DNA of 62,313 nt, the filler included, from Hausera hauseri (Eukaryota), in the NCBI GenBank assembly GCA_046269625.1. It is 12 parts of 12 records of this genome, joined end to end, with 100 filler letters (N's around TTAATTAATTAA, not from the genome) between each part and the next. Parts side by side here need not be neighbours in the genome. Positions count along the whole stretch, not along the records: positions 26,079 to 31,732 come from JBJURY010212744.1; positions 31,833 to 37,981 come from JBJURY010133651.1; positions 38,082 to 42,045 come from JBJURY010853744.1; 9 more parts are not named here. One strand, written 5' to 3'. Numbering within the stretch: position 1 is the stretch's first letter; the number at the start of each line of letters is the position of its first letter. The notes under the pieces are model-generated. The model ran no database searches, was not told the origin of the DNA, and saw only the letters and a list, made by a program, of their open reading frames with translations. Positions 27,030 to 41,648 of the stretch are shown here, in pieces. Both the position numbers and the translations under genes were made by a program.

Positions 27030-28361
27030 TGCTATAAAGATGTAGCTAATTTTATATCATGACCTCATTTTATATAAGATGAGCAAGTGTGTACAAATGT
27101 TCAAAAACAATATCTGGTCTATTGTCGCAACGCATTGTTTGTAGTCTTTACATTGTAGTCTTTACACACAAATAAACCAGCAGATGCTAAATAAATAATT
27201 TGTCGATAATTGATTTGTTATTACAGCTAAATTGAAGGCGGCTCTTAATTCCATGCTGTCCAACAATGTGCATTATTACTGTTATTGATTAAGGAAAATC
27301 TATATTTGTACTTAAGTCACCAGCATCGTTTGGAACGAGATTTGTTTTGTTATTCAAGAGTTTTAATCGGATTTCATGCCGAATTAAGATGCATGTTGAT
27401 TTAATCCCTGGGTAATGTGTGTGATTGATTCAAAAATATTAATTTAAGAAAAATGTGTTGTACTTCTCACAGTCTCATGATCAAGAACACACGCCTTACA
27501 TTGATAACATAGGTGTCACGTATTTTTTACGTACATTTACAGTATCTCACAGAAATGTGAATACAGTATCAACCAAAAAGATGTGACACTTATTCACTTT
27601 ATTTCTGATCCAAAAATGTGAGCTCAAAAATTACGACTGTGTTTATACATTTTCTTCTGTTTTTTGTTCCATGCAACTGAAACGTACTCAATCAGTAATC
27701 AATGGCAAGGTCCGTCATTTTTTTTAAATTCAAATTTATTTTGATCATGAGCGACAACAAACTGGAGTCCAAACATTGACAGAATATTGTTTGGCCTGAA
27801 GGAACAGTTACTGCACACTAGCTGCAACACAGGAGGGAGCAAAAAATTGAAAAACGTATTACGTTTATATGGGAGGTAAAGTGACTAAGTGCCATATGTT
27901 TCTGGGTGGTATTGTACATGTACGTAGAAAGTACGGGATATCTGCCAACTCTAAACCTGACAAATAAAGAAAATAATAAAACGTGAGAATGTGACGCTAC
28001 TATATTTATGCAATCGGCCTTCAGCGGCTGGACAATTATCCAGAGGATCGAAAGCTTCAAAGTGGCTGCTCAGTAGATGCAAATAGTAAATAAATTAACG
28101 CCTATTGTTTTACATAAGTAACAAGGACACGTATTCGACAAAATTGTGACGGACAATCATTAGTGTAAGTTTTACCGTTGAAAAAGTTTTGCAAACTTCG
28201 AAATAAATGATAATCAGATGGCGCTAGATCAGGACTGTATGTGGGGGTGTAACTCCAATAATTTTACACGACTTGCCAAAGAATATTAATAGGTGTTAAT
28301 AAATATTAGTAGGTGTCATTGAAAATAAACAAACCGGCATCTATTAGTGAAAACGAAAGTA

Positions 28362-29566
28362 CACCCTTGCTCATATTAATTGAAACGCACGCATAAATAA
28401 TTGGACAATATATTAAATATGAACACAAAACATAATAAAATCAATAAATAATATGTCCTTCCATGTTCTTCAAAACCATTTGGACTCGACTTTAATATGT
28501 TAACCCTTGCTCGTAATAATTGGAACAGTTGTTTAAATGAATCATTTGTGACTTGATATTTATACGAAATGGATATTACTCCCAGAAAATGTACACAGAT
28601 CATTACTTTGGTTGAACATACTCCAAAGTCACAGAGAGAAATTGCAAAAAATTGTTGGCGTTAGTGTTGCAATCGTTTACCGCTTCCTTAAGTTAAAGAA
28701 GGAAACGGGTTCGATTTCACCAAATCGTAAGAGAAAGCGCGGTCGTAGGAGAAAAACTACACCAAGAGATGACGCATATTTATTGCGCGAGAGTAAGAAA
28801 GACCCGCGGAAAACAAATAATGCTTTGAATCTTGATTTGAAAGCCAGATTAATTGAAATCAGTTGTCAAGCTGTCCGAAGGCGACGTGCAAGATGACCGC
28901 TTAAAAAGCAACTTCTCACCAAAGCAATGAAGGAGAAACGTTACAAATGGGCACAAAAATATAAGAGATGAACTTAGGATAACTGGAGGAAAGTCATATT
29001 TAGCGATGAGAGCCATTTTTTCGTGCAAGGGCAGCGCAGTCAACATGTATGGATCTCCACTGATGAAAGTCCGTGAGAAAGTCATATGAATCAGAGCGTC
29101 AAACACCCTGACAAGAAGGTGTTTTGGGGGTGCTTTTCCTACTATGGTGTGGGTTCTTTGAATCCGGTAGACGGAATGATGTACAACATAATCTGGCACC
29201 ATGTCACACTTCCAAGATGGTCAAAACTTTCATAGCTCAAAATAATATAAACGCACTAGAATGGCCCGGAAACTCACCAGATTTAAATCCGATTGAGAAT
29301 CTGTGGTCAATTTGTAAGAGCTGATTGTACGAGAAAGGAAAAACTTATTCAGTCTTTGATTCAAGTTTGGTATAGAGATCAACGAGTCGCCACTGACTGA
29401 AAAATTAATCGATTCTGTGCCAAATCGAATCCGAATGCTTTCGAAGAAAAGGAAAGACATATTATGTATTGATTTAATTATTTTTTGTGATCATATTTAA
29501 TATGTTGTCCGATTATAAGAATTCAGGCTATTTATGCGTGTGTTTCAGTTAATATGATCAAGGGTG
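28362..29566 (+). mobile_element. Tc1-family DNA transposon, internally deleted
   Basis: About 40-bp TIRs (cacccttgctcatattaattgaaacgcacgcataaata / tatttatgcgtgtgtttcagttaatatgatcaagggtg) flanked by TA. GRRRKTTPRDD, WRKVIFSDES, WGCFSYYG, WPGNSPDLNPIENLW. Confidence 0.95.
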
Positions 29567-30983
29567 TACTTCCCAATAGGTACAACAATTTGCACGAATT
29601 AAACAAATATGTCAGTGTAAAGTAATAATAATACTTCGCTTAAATAGTATTATATATTATATTAAATAGTATTATATAAATCCCTTTATTTCCTTGAATT
29701 TTTTTGTTTTTGAGCGTAAAATTTGAACAAAAATATTCAATACATTTGACACTATTTCATTATAGTCAACTTTAATGTTGAAATAAAGTTTTCCACTGGA
29801 CGGTAATTTTCATATATAAACTCTAAATGGGTTTATCACTGTCTATTCTTTTTAATTTACATACTGTTATATTTTGGGATGGGCACTAATCGTCTCCCCT
29901 ATATAACAATAGTTTACACAATTTAGTTTGCAGCAGATTCGGTTTACCGTTCTAGGTAAATCAGGATGTACCTTATATTCTTGTAACGTTAACGAATGAA
30001 GGCACTGCGTGCAATATTCGTGCAAAAATTTACTATGACTCTTTCCTATCTATATAATTTACGTCAGAATTTAGTGGCTTAGTGTAGTCAAATCGATCTT
30101 AAGGATCGATGAAAAACTATATAAGAAATTAAGACTATTTAACAAAGAAAATATAATTAGTACCAATAACAATAATGCTGATTGATCCTTGTGATCACTG
30201 ACGAATAGCTTCGGAAAACCTTTTCCAAAATTCAATATCTCCTTCGGTTCTATCCTCAATTGTCGAATTCGTATGCTTCAATTCGTTCGTATCGTCTTCA
30301 CACTGGAGACTGACTCCGAAATGTTCTGTGAAAGTTCTGATCTATTCTAAATTTTGTTTGCTATATATACTGGTAGTTTCCGATGATTACACAATTTTCA
30401 TTGATTATTTACGGATTAAATTTCATTATTTCGATTATCTAATATTGTAATCGATTACTGTGCATTCCTCCAGATTTTCCTAATTCCAGGTATGCCGAAA
30501 ATTTCACATAAATCATTAAGATTTCGAATTAAATAATAAATAACATTCACATTAATATTCCGAACTAATTTATTACAGTACACCTAATAATTACTATCGT
30601 AATATACTTCTATTATGTACATTCCGTAACATATGTGAAATATTTCAATATTTTTGTGGTTATATGTCAAAATAGAATTATGCGAATGTTGAAAAATTCG
30701 GACATATTTTTAATATTTTTCAACGGAAATGTTTAAATTTTCATGCTGAATTAGTTTTGGACGGGTCTTGAAAATTTTGAATAAATATGAATTTTAATTT
30801 AATAGAATTTCAATGTGAATATGTTTGCGTACATAAAATATATATATATGATTTCAACCGTGATCACCTTAAAATTCGCATTTTTCTAAGTTAATTAAAA
30901 CAAACAAATACTGCCAATGCATAATGTTAATTTAATAGACAACCATGTATAGCGCGGCACCCATTATCCTGCCAGCAATTTTT

Positions 30984-31320
30984 CCTATATGGAGAATCCA
31001 GTGGAATGGTCAGATTCTTCGAATAACATACGGTTCACCGAGTTTTCGAGTTCGAATAGGTAAATTCGACTTGTAAACTTGTTTTCGAATATCAGACACC
31101 GGATTCCGACTACGCATATATGGGTTCCTATCTTTTCCACGCTTAACGATTTTCCGTTTTTTGATTCATTGTGGCAGGGAAAACCATGCTCCTTCGATAT
31201 CACCAAATTTCAAATCGATATTATTCGATAACCAATTAACCGATTTAAAAACGCTTTGCATAGTTATACAGATCATCATTTTCTTGACCGATATGACTTG
31301 TTTTCAAGCTCGAATCATCC
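30984..31320 (-). repeat. Non-coding arm of pPolB family A (isolated copy)
   Basis: Co-linear similarity with 55731-56060 (cctatatgg.gaatccagt.gaatg.tcag...caccgagttttcgagtt...gatatgacttg). Confidence 0.75.
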
Positions 31321-31832
31321 ACACTGGAGTTACCGGGAAACCAACATTATTGATTTTCACCCATTTCACCCATTCTGTATCTGTTCTTTTATTCTTGGTA
31401 GCAATTTATTTTTTTCCGCAACCTCGTAGATATTATCTCTTTCGGTAATCTGTACTTCTGAACTTTCAGTTCGTAGGTGCAGCTCTTCTTGTTTTGATGT
31501 GAACGCTGCTGCTTCATTAGATAATTCATTTTTGATAGAATTGTGCGTATTCAATATCCCAGTTAGAGGTGGATGCTTTAGTAGTTTCTTCCTGTATCTT
31601 TTTCGGCATCCAATTGCCTGATAATTTAGTTTTTTCGCTAGGTAAAGCCGCCTTCTCTTTGTCACTATCCTTTTTAGTCCTTGTGCATACTGAAACTTGT
31701 GGATTTACTGGAAAACACTCGAGCATAAATTCNNNNNNNNNNNNNNNNNNNNNNNNNNNNNNNNNNNNNNNNNNNNTTAATTAATTAANNNNNNNNNNNN
31801 NNNNNNNNNNNNNNNNNNNNNNNNNNNNNNNN

Positions 31833-32386
31833 TTAGCTATGATCCGTGGGGCATTGATTTAAAACTTAGTCTGACTATTGTTTCTGGTTTGGATACATTC
31901 CACAGTAAGACTGGTAGGAGATCTGTTCAACCTTCAGTTTTTTTTATCAGTACAAAGTTCACTCGTTATATTAGCTTCGTTAATTCGACTAAGGGCAAAA
32001 GTGAATACCACGATTCGTTGAGCGGAAGTTTCGCAGCGGCAATTAAGTGTTTCAAATATAAGTTTAACATTTTGTTTCAGAGGTACATGATCTATCTTGA
32101 TGATGCTGGTGATTCTGCGTCGTATTTTATTAAACTACATAAAACTGAAGCAGTTTTAAAGATCACTGAAAATATTTATGAAGGTGAAAACTTGCCGGAG
32201 ATTATTTTTGTTGTCGTTAAAAAGCGTAGTAGTGTGAAGTTCTTCAAAGAGGGTGGAAATCCAATTGGTGGAACACTTGTCGATGAGAGGATAGTCAAAC
32301 CGCATTATTATGAGTTTTATTTGGTGTTTCAAAACACAACAAAGGGTACTGCATCGCCTACCAATTATAACGTTTTGATGAACACT
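31833..32386 (+). pseudogene. piwi: PIWI-domain fragment of a planarian SMEDWI-1/2-type Piwi protein, truncated
   Basis: YDPWGIDLK..GLDTFHSKTG, YLDDAGDS (YRDGVGD), VVVKKR, NPIGGTLVDERIVKPHYYEFYLVFQNTTKGTASPTNYNVL. The C-terminal catalytic His region is missing. Confidence 0.88.
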
Positions 32387-32505
32387 ATGTTAGAATTACA
32401 AAAATATTATACCAATTCCTTGCTTACCCAAAACGTCAAAGAACCAATTCTGGATATTGTGAGAAAAACATTGCATGCGGCGAACTCGGTCACCCAGAAA
32501 TTTTA

Positions 32506-35500
32506 GATTCGCTGCGGCAAGGCTGAAGTTCCGGCCAACCACCCTGCGCAATTGGGTCAGATGGCACCGTTCACTGACGCCCCACGATAAGCCCCTGGCC
32601 GTACGTCCACATCATTTTCTGTCTCCTTTTTTTTAAACAACCAACAAATCTACACAATTGCATCTACAGATGCAAACACTACAAATTTTACAACATCATC
32701 TCCACTTTTCTTTACTCATCTGACTTTTACATCACACACAGTGGATCTACCGTACCTATCACTGGAACCCTACAATCTTCCCCAACTTATATCCACCTTC
32801 ATATACACTTCCGCATCCGTGGTGGAATGAATTCATCGCCAACCATAGAAACCACGGATAAAACCACCATGAAACCGAAATCTGTTATACTACTTAAAAA
32901 ACCCACTCCTACTTCTGCTAATAACCCTTCACCTACTACGTCTTCCGCTCCTTTGCCTCACTGCACTGAATTCTTTATTGACAAACAAGATTCTAGTAAA
33001 ACTTGGTTTCAATTCCACCAACTGTGGCTACAAGCCAATAACGTTATCAATCCTTTAACTAAAGCACACAACCTCCTCTTCTTACTCCCTATTAATATCA
33101 AAACACGAATTCATAACACTATTGAAAATTTTCAACTTCCTGACCCATATTCACAGCTCTCCAACGCTGTTCTTAAAATCACACAACTCTCAATGGACAC
33201 CATCATACAACGTTTCTTTCACGACAATGCTATAGGCACACTACGACCATCAGAAATTTTAGGCACCTCTTTAGCACATCTAAAAACCCTCGGCGTCACT
33301 AAATAACAATCCAGAACTACTGCGCCTCAATTACTTCAACGCGTTACCCATCCAAATTCGGGCTCTACGTACCGTGGTGGAGTACTCCACGGCTCTTGAG
33401 AAATTGGCCGAATTATCCAATAAAACACACGACGTTCTACAGTTAAATTCACCATCAATCGTTTCGGTGGCGGTTTCCACTACCGGTATCCAAAACAATA
33501 ATACATCAATAGAGCAACAACTAAATAAGTTACGTGCCAAAAATACAGCACTACAAGTAACAATCAACAATATAAACAACAAATTAGACGAACTTTCCCT
33601 GTACAGGAGAAGGGATTTTGTTGCTGACCGCGCCCATTCTGCATCTGCCCGCGCGGTCACCTATTTAATACTATCACAGCAGATTCAATAAGATTGTCAA
33701 GAAATGCTGCCTAAGGAGCAAATTTTACAACAATTGTTTTTCTTCAGACACCGTTGTTTGTATCTACCATGCAAGGTTTAAAAACCAAGCTCGTAAATGC
33801 ATTCTAGGCTGCACTTTTAAACCGGGTACGAACGACGGACGTGATGCCTTTTCTTCTAATAGTCGTCCTAGTTCACCTTTTCAAAAAAACTACATTTGTT
33901 ACCGCAAGTCACGGCAAACTCTGGCAAAGGCATTACTTCACTTTGTGAATGCTGACACGCCTCTTTTGCTGTCTTTACTCTAAAGGCTGCAATCACCGGT
34001 CCTACAACGCAATCTGTTGATTTCCTCATTGATACAGATGCAGCGATTTCTTTATTACCACAAATCTTTCCTGTCCAGAATACACAATTAAAAATTAAGC
34101 CCTTATACACCGCCTAAGATCAACCGCTGAACATTTCTGGCATGGCTAAGCTCTCTTTTATTTTATAAAAATTTCCTTCACCTTTGCACTGGACGTTCAC
34201 AGTTGTTAACGTCCAGACGGGAATTCTAGGGCCCGATTTTCTATCACATTATAATTTATTAGCTGACTGAAGTCAACGATATCTGAGGAGAGGCATCACT
34301 GACAGCATTACTGAGCATATAAGCAGAATTTCGACTACCGCGCAGTCGATCGAGATGCAGAGATCAATTTTGAGAAAACCAAAAATTACTTTCAATTTTC
34401 TCAATACTTCACACCGTAAATTTTTAAATAATAATATTGAAACCCAGTCGAAGTTCGTTGTCGCCAACTGTGGTACTGTCAACAACCTTAATTCATTCTA
34501 CGAAATCACTTCATCAAATACCATTTTCAATTCGACCATCTTACACCAAATACCACTTGACTGCACATCATCAAACAATTCACAAATTGCATCATCGCCG
34601 AATCTCTCACAGTTGCCTACAACTTTACAGCAATTCGTCAACACATCATGTCCACGAGTACTCAAAAAAGATAGAACATTTACTCCTGCAAACAGCACTG
34701 TTCATCACATAATTACACAGCATCAACGACCAATAGGCCAAAATGTACGACCACTGTCACCTCGTCGTATACAGGCCGTAGAAGCCGAATTTCTTGAAAT
34801 AGAACGCTCCGGCATCATACGCCTTCCAAATCTCCTTGGTCTTCGCTTCTACATGTCGTACAAAAAAGGACGGTACTTTTAGACCATGCCGTGACTACCG
34901 ACAATTGAACAACTTACCATCATGGATGCGTATCCTCTGCTATTCATCAAGGACATCTTGCATCGCCTTAATTCAACTACCATTTATTCGACCATCGATT
35001 TAGCCAAAGCATATCACCAAATACCGGTGGCACCCGAAGACAGAAAAAACACCACTGTCACTACTCCTTTTGGCATCTGCGAGTACCTGTTTATGCCATT
35101 GGGTTTACGAAGTGCCGCACAGACCTTTCAGCGATATAGTGATTCGATTCTCTCAGATTTTCCGTTTGCGCACCCTTACATTCATGATATTCTGATCGTT
35201 TCCTCTTCGGCCAAACAACATCAGGAACACCTTCGCGCAATATTCCAACGCTTTAACCGCCATAATCTCCAAGTCAATTATGACAAATGCCATTTTTTCA
35301 CAAAATGCATCAACTTTTTAGGCCACGTTATTTGACCAGACGCCCACCCTCAACCAGACCGAGTTGAAGCACTTAAAAATATCCAGTAACCACGTACGAC
35401 CACCTAAATTCGCAGCTTCCTCGGTACACTACATTTTGTACATAAATATGTACCATATTGATCTGAATTGGCAGCACCATTTGCACACTTAAACGGTGGC

Positions 35501-37775
35501 AAAAAAGTCAGCCAATCCAGTGGACACCTGAGGTGGTTGAAAAGTTTGATAATCTACGCGAAGGAATTAAGACCGTCAACATTCTCGCCTTCCCCAAAAC
35601 TGGTGCTGAACTCATCTATACCACAGATGCTTCAACCACTGCAGTAGGTGCTGTACTCCACGAAATCCACAAAGGAGAATATTAAGCACTAGAATTTTTC
35701 TCTCGTGAGCTAACTTCCCCTGAAACCATATATATTCCACGTTTGATCGAGAATTATTGGTCATCGTTCCTGCGTTAAAGCATTTCTCCCACCTACTTGT
35801 CGCTCGCCATTTTAATATACAAACCGATCACAAGCCCTTACTTAACATCATGGCTATGAAAAATCCCTCCACATGCCAAGAACGACAGATATCATACTTA
35901 TCAACATTTAACTTCGACATAAAACATATTAACTGGGTTAATATTTTGGTTGGCGATTTTTTATGTAGGTAGGTTAGATTCATTCTTCACTGATTTTTAC
36001 GCAAGCTCAACTTCAACAGAACCAGCCACCTCAGGACATGCTTAATTCTTTTAAGCCTTGCACCATTGTTAACGGCGTGGCTTTATACACGTCCAAACCA
36101 GGCCATTCCTTAATAATCCTTGCACCACCGTTGCAAAGGCAAGCATTTAATAGTGAATATTCACTACTTCACTCTGGTGCTAAAGCCACTTTTTGTTTAC
36201 TCCATAGACAAATAGTTTGACCGTCAATGCTTTCTGATGTGCAGGCATGGATTAAGGAGTGTGTGGCTTGCCAAAAGTAAAAAACAACTAAGCATTTAAA
36301 GCCACCATTGTTCCACTTTCCCTGCACATCGCGTTTCGAGTCCGTGCATGTCAACAGCGTTGGACCTCTTCTTCCAGATAACGGCCATCAATTCATTCTC
36401 ACCATGAAGGACCGTTTCTCGCGATGGTCAGAAGCCATCCCTCTGCGGAGCACAAATACCAACAGTATAGCTGATGTTTTCATTCGTACATGAATTAGCA
36501 GATTTGGATCACCTCGTTTCATCATCACGGACCAGATTCCACAGTTTAAATCCAACCTGTTCATATCCCTTGTTAAACAATTTGGGATCCATCATATACA
36601 TACTACGCCTTATCACCCCAAATCGAATGGCCTTTTATAACGTTTCCACCGAACATTGAAAACGTCACTAAAAATTCTGGCAGAGTCCAACACTAGTTGG
36701 ACGAATCTCCTTTCGTTTGTTCTGCTTGGCTGACGGAACATTTCGTCTTCTTCTACGGGATGCTCACCTACTGAAGCCTTATTCGGAGCTCCTGTGCGAT
36801 CATTATTCGAACTAACTGCCCTAGATGACATTCCTACAGATAAAACGATACGGGCGTCACAAAATCTCTTCGTTACAGTCAGCAAAGATTCGTTCCGGCA
36901 AAATTTGTATGGCTAAAAAGTCAAACGTCGTGCGGTTTTTAGCCGCGGTATCTGGGGCCCTATAAACTGATACAGCTGCATTCACATAACGCTATTATTT
37001 CTAAAGATGGCAAAGAACTTACAGTGCATATCACCAACTTAAAGCCCGGCTTCTTTGTCGACGACATTTCACCAATCGACACGTCAACCTCTTTTCTCAC
37101 TCCTACACCTCCTGCTATTCCTATATCTATTGCTACACCTGTCCCACTTCCTCTTTCTGCTCATAGTTCTGCTTCATCATTTTTTACACCTTCTACTTCT
37201 ATTCCTATCTCTCTTCCTATCTATACCACTCCCTCTGTTTCATTTTCTACTTCTACTGTTTCGGCTAACACATTCCAATTTCTACTCAAATTTTCGTCTC
37301 TCCTCCTTCATCCGCCACTACACCTTTTGTCTGTCCTTCGTCTTCTAACACTCTCTTAAATACCTTTAACCATCCGTTTGCACCAATCTCTTTTCCACCT
37401 TCACCTTCTTTTTCTCTTCATTCTGACTTGTCTTTGCACGACACAACACTCACATCAAAATCTGACAATTTTTTCCCCAACTTCAAATTCTGCAAACAAA
37501 TACATCGTATACAGACAAAACACGCAGAGTCACATTTAGCATGTATAGTAGGGAAAAATCAGTAGAAGGCATCCAGCGGCTTGTTCACACTAAGACCAAT
37601 TAACACAGACACTCTTTCGTTTGGCGATTTTTTCTTTCCGTCTATTTTACCCCTTATAGTTTTTATTTTGAAACGGTGCTCACCGCGGCCGGTGCCCTTT
37701 GACCCATTTGGTTGGGCGCGGCCGGGCGTCCGCTCTCGCCGCGTCAGTTCAATAGTCGGGCTTGATCTTCCGACT
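32506..37775 (+). mobile_element. Near full-length degenerate Ty3/Gypsy retrotransposon, CsRn1/Boudicca-like clade
   Basis: Gag KTWF..DPYSQL..GTLRPSEIL; CHCC knuckle CIYHARFKNQARKCILGC (~33757-33815); protease FLIDTDAAIS; RT STIDLAKAYHQIP, YIHD; RNase H TTDASTTAVG; integrase; GC-rich LTR-like unit at the 3' end. Confidence 0.95.
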
Positions 37776-38081
37776 CTTTGCCTTAATAATTTAATGTTTT
37801 GCATTTTTTCAGGATAAAAATTCATTTATTTCAATTTTGCTTATGTCCATTTACGTTGCTGGAAACGAGATAAAAGTTTATAAGATTCTAGACAGTGAAG
37901 GAGTACCCCTTTGCGTTAGACGGTTAAATTCGATTTCATCAGTTGCTTGCTCATCAAATACTATGGAAACAGTAGAGCTGTNNNNNNNNNNNNNNNNNNN
38001 NNNNNNNNNNNNNNNNNNNNNNNNNTTAATTAATTAANNNNNNNNNNNNNNNNNNNNNNNNNNNNNNNNNNNNNNNNNNNN

Positions 38082-41000
38082 TCAGGCGTAGCGGCTCCAT
38101 CAAAGAGTCAAAGACAGCGGCCAGTTGATGCTGCAGCATTAAAGAGGAAATGCCGCAACTATGCCATTGATGCAACTGCTCAAACAACCATCAAGGAGTT
38201 TCTGGAGTACACAGAGGACGAAACAGAGAGGATTCTTCAGGACAACATATCTGAGCTCAAGGCCATTAAGGCTAATATGAAACTTGAGGCCACATACGTC
38301 AATTTTGATAGTGAAGAGTCGAAAAGGGCCTTCAAGACCAAAAATAGACCAATTTTTGAAGCCACGAATATAGTAGAATGACTGCATGAAGAGCATGCGA
38401 AGCTGATCCGTGAAGCTGATGAGAGCCAGAGTAAGAAGAGCGGATGGACTCTGGCAACCATCAGGAGATTGCTTGAGTTTGTTCACAAGTACTCTCCCAT
38501 GCAGGGCGGTTCACATATACAGCTTCCGGAATGGATCGCTAATAAAAAGCATGTGTCAATGTCCATAATAATGACAACATGTGTTTCACGTGTGCCATTC
38601 TATCAAAACTCGTACGGGATCAAAAACATGCAGCAGATCGAATTTGGCTATATAATGATCTGAAGCACAACTATGGCTTCCAATGTATCACATTCCCTCC
38701 ATCCTTAGATGAAATTAAGAAGCTCAGCCGAATCAACAACATATCTATCAACATCATTGGATCGGATGAGGCGGATAAATTTTATCCCCTGCAGATATAT
38801 GATATTGAAGTGGAAGATCACAGGGATCTGCTTCTACTAGACGATGGAGAAAAGAAACATTATGTTTGGATCAAGAATTTTGAGCGTCTAGTCAGATCCC
38901 AAAGTACGAATCATCATGGACAACTAGAAATATGTAAATTATGTCTGTCTCATTTCAATGGTGATACAGCAGTGGACAAGCTTTCAGAGCACAAGATGTA
39001 CTGCAACAACAATTACTGTATCAGGTTAGAATTTCCCAAGGAGGATTACATTGCATTCAAGGAGTTAGAGAAGAAGCTCAAGGTCCCAATAGTTACCTAT
39101 TGCAACTGTGAAACTAATCTTCAACCAATTTACAGCTGCACTCCCAGTCCTCAACATAGCAGCACAAGGGCATACCAATATCATGAACTCTCATCGTATT
39201 GCATGTATGCCAAAGGACTGTACAGTGAACCATTTCTATTCAGGGATCCAGATGCAGCAGCACATTTCATGAAACGACTTGAAGATATGGCTCATAATCT
39301 TGAAAACATGCTTCAGCAGCATAAGGATACAATGAGCATGTCGTGAAAACAAGATCAAGAATGGCGCAAGGCAACAACATGTTATTTGTGTGACAAGTCA
39401 TTCACCAAGAAAAATCATAAAGTCAAGGATCATTGCCATTTTACAAGTACATATCGGGGTGCAGCATGTAACAACTGCAATCTTCGATGCAAAACATGTA
39501 CGTGTGTGCCTGTAGTGTTTTATAATCTCAGTGGCTATGATTCTCATTTCATAGTCCGAGAATTAAACAACATTGATGGGAACATTGATGTCATTCCCAA
39601 TACTGAGGAGAAGTGAATCAAATTTGCGTAGCATGTGAGCCGCATCAGACTTCGATTCATAGACAGCTTTCGCTTCATGAGCTCGTCAGTAAACAGTTTT
39701 GTGAAGAACCGTCCTGCAGAATAACTCAAGGAGACGAATCGGTTCTTTCCCACTGCATTTGACCTCATCAAGAGGAAAGACGTGTTTCCTTATGAATACA
39801 TAACCTCATGGGAAACACTGGATGAGACGTTATTGCCGAACAAGAAGGACTTTTACAGTATCCTCTCTGATTGCGATATCAGTGATGCTGACTACTAGCA
39901 TGCCCAGAACGTCTGGCATGGATTCCAATGTCGAACATTAGGAGAATACAGCGACATATACCACAAAACGGACGTGCTGCTGCTGACAGATGTCTTTGAG
40001 ATATTCAGGGATTTTACAATGAAGAGTCATGCTTTGGATCCAGCTCATTTCTTTACGGCTCCAGGGATGAGTTTGGCAGCAATACTGAGATATACCGACA
40101 TAAAGCTGCAGATCATTAAGGATTAGGACATGATCCTAATGATCGACAGAGGCATTAGAGGCAGAATATGCCAGGTCATTCACAGGTTTAGCGAGGCCAA
40201 AAACAAGTATATGGCCCAGTATGATCCATCCAAGGAATCCTCATATATATATCATACCTGGATGCCAACAACTTGTATGGATATTCTATAAGCGCCCTAT
40301 TCCGTATGATAACTTCAAATGGGTCGAGAATCCTGAAGACATCCCTATATGGGACCTGGATCCCAGTGGAGATACGGGATACATACTGGAGATGGATATG
40401 CAATATCCTGCTTCCATCTACGGAAGGCATCAACAGCTACCTTTCCTCCCTAAGAGCAGGCCTTTGCCCCATGGAAAGCAGAGAAAGCTGCTCTGCCATC
40501 TGGGTAATAGGGACAGGTATGTAGTTCACTACATCAATCTCCAGCAGGCAGTTAGACATGGAATTCGTATTACTAAGATCCATAGAGCTCTGCAGTTCCG
40601 CCAGGCCAACTGGCTGCAGCCATATATAGATCTCAATACGAAGTTGCGGACAAATGCCAAGAATGACTTTGAGAAGGACCAGTTCAAGCTGTACAACAAC
40701 AGCATTTTCGGCAGGAAGATGGAAAATATCTGCAACAGGATCAACATCGAACTGGTCTCTGAGTGGAAGCGGACAAAGAAGCTCATTGCCAAACCCAATT
40801 TCCACAACAGCATCATATATGAGGAGAAATTGGTCAGCATCCATATGCTGAAAACATTCTTGCAATTCAACAAGCCCATATATGTGTGTATAGCAATACT
40901 GGACCTGCCAAAGACCTTGATGTACAAATTCCACTATGACATCATGGTCCGTAAGTTCGATTCCATGCAGCTGATGTATATGGATACGGATAATTTCATC

Positions 41001-41450
41001 TATTATATCCGTACAGATGATATTTATAAGGACTTTGCCCAATTGGCACATTACATAAATACCTCGGATTATCCGAAGGAACATCCGAAATATTCAATTA
41101 CCAACAAAAATGTCCTTGGGAACTTTAAAGACGAGGTGAATGGGGCAATCATCTCGAGATTTGTAGCTCTTAGGTCAAAGTGTATGCCATTGATATATGA
41201 AGTCAAGTAAAGATGCTAGTTAAAGGGGTTCAAAGGGCGACCTTAGCCAAGAAGATTGGCTTTAGTGACTATGTTAGAGTTCTACATGATCAGACTCATA
41301 TCATATCAAAGATGCAAAAGGATCCAATCTAGGGCTCATAACATTGAGACAGTAACAATACAAAAGAAAAGCCTAGATTGGATGGATGACAAGAGGCAGA
41401 TCCTGGGTGATGGAATTCATACACTAAATCACGGACATGTGGCATTGTAA
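38082..41450 (+). mobile_element. Protein-primed family B DNA polymerase (Maverick/Polinton-type, family A), pseudogenised
   Basis: SGWTL..KYSPMQGGS, NMCF..HYVWI (OTU-like Cys/His), ICKLCLSHF, EndoVII-like CYLC..KDHCHFT..RGAACNNCNL, YNLSGYDSHF, YLDANNLYG, KLYNNSIFG, YMDTD, DDKR..GH. AATAAA near 41478. Confidence 0.93.
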
Positions 41451-41648
41451 ATATATACATATTGTTATTATTTGTTTAATAAATCCTGTACAGAAGTATC
41501 GTGTTGTCTTCTTGATCAAGTAATGTGGGTTATAGGATAAAGCCAAGTAAAAGTAAGTAACTATTATGTAGGATAAGGCCAACTAATTTCATAACACATT
41601 TATTTCATCACAATAAAACATTTGTATAACGCTAAACACTTTTATAGA

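Noticed and set aside
31833-32386. Prokaryotic Argonaute defence system
   Set aside because: The motifs are eukaryotic PIWI-clade (planarian type) and the context is animal transposon DNA.
32570-32590. Primer-binding site TGACGCCCCACGAT
   Set aside because: The position is plausible, but it cannot be matched confidently to a specific tRNA 3' end, so it is not reported as a feature.
40437-41084. Long antisense ORFs over pPolB and YR (also 46241-46866 and 59410-60069)
   Set aside because: Shadow frames of real coding strands, with no motifs.
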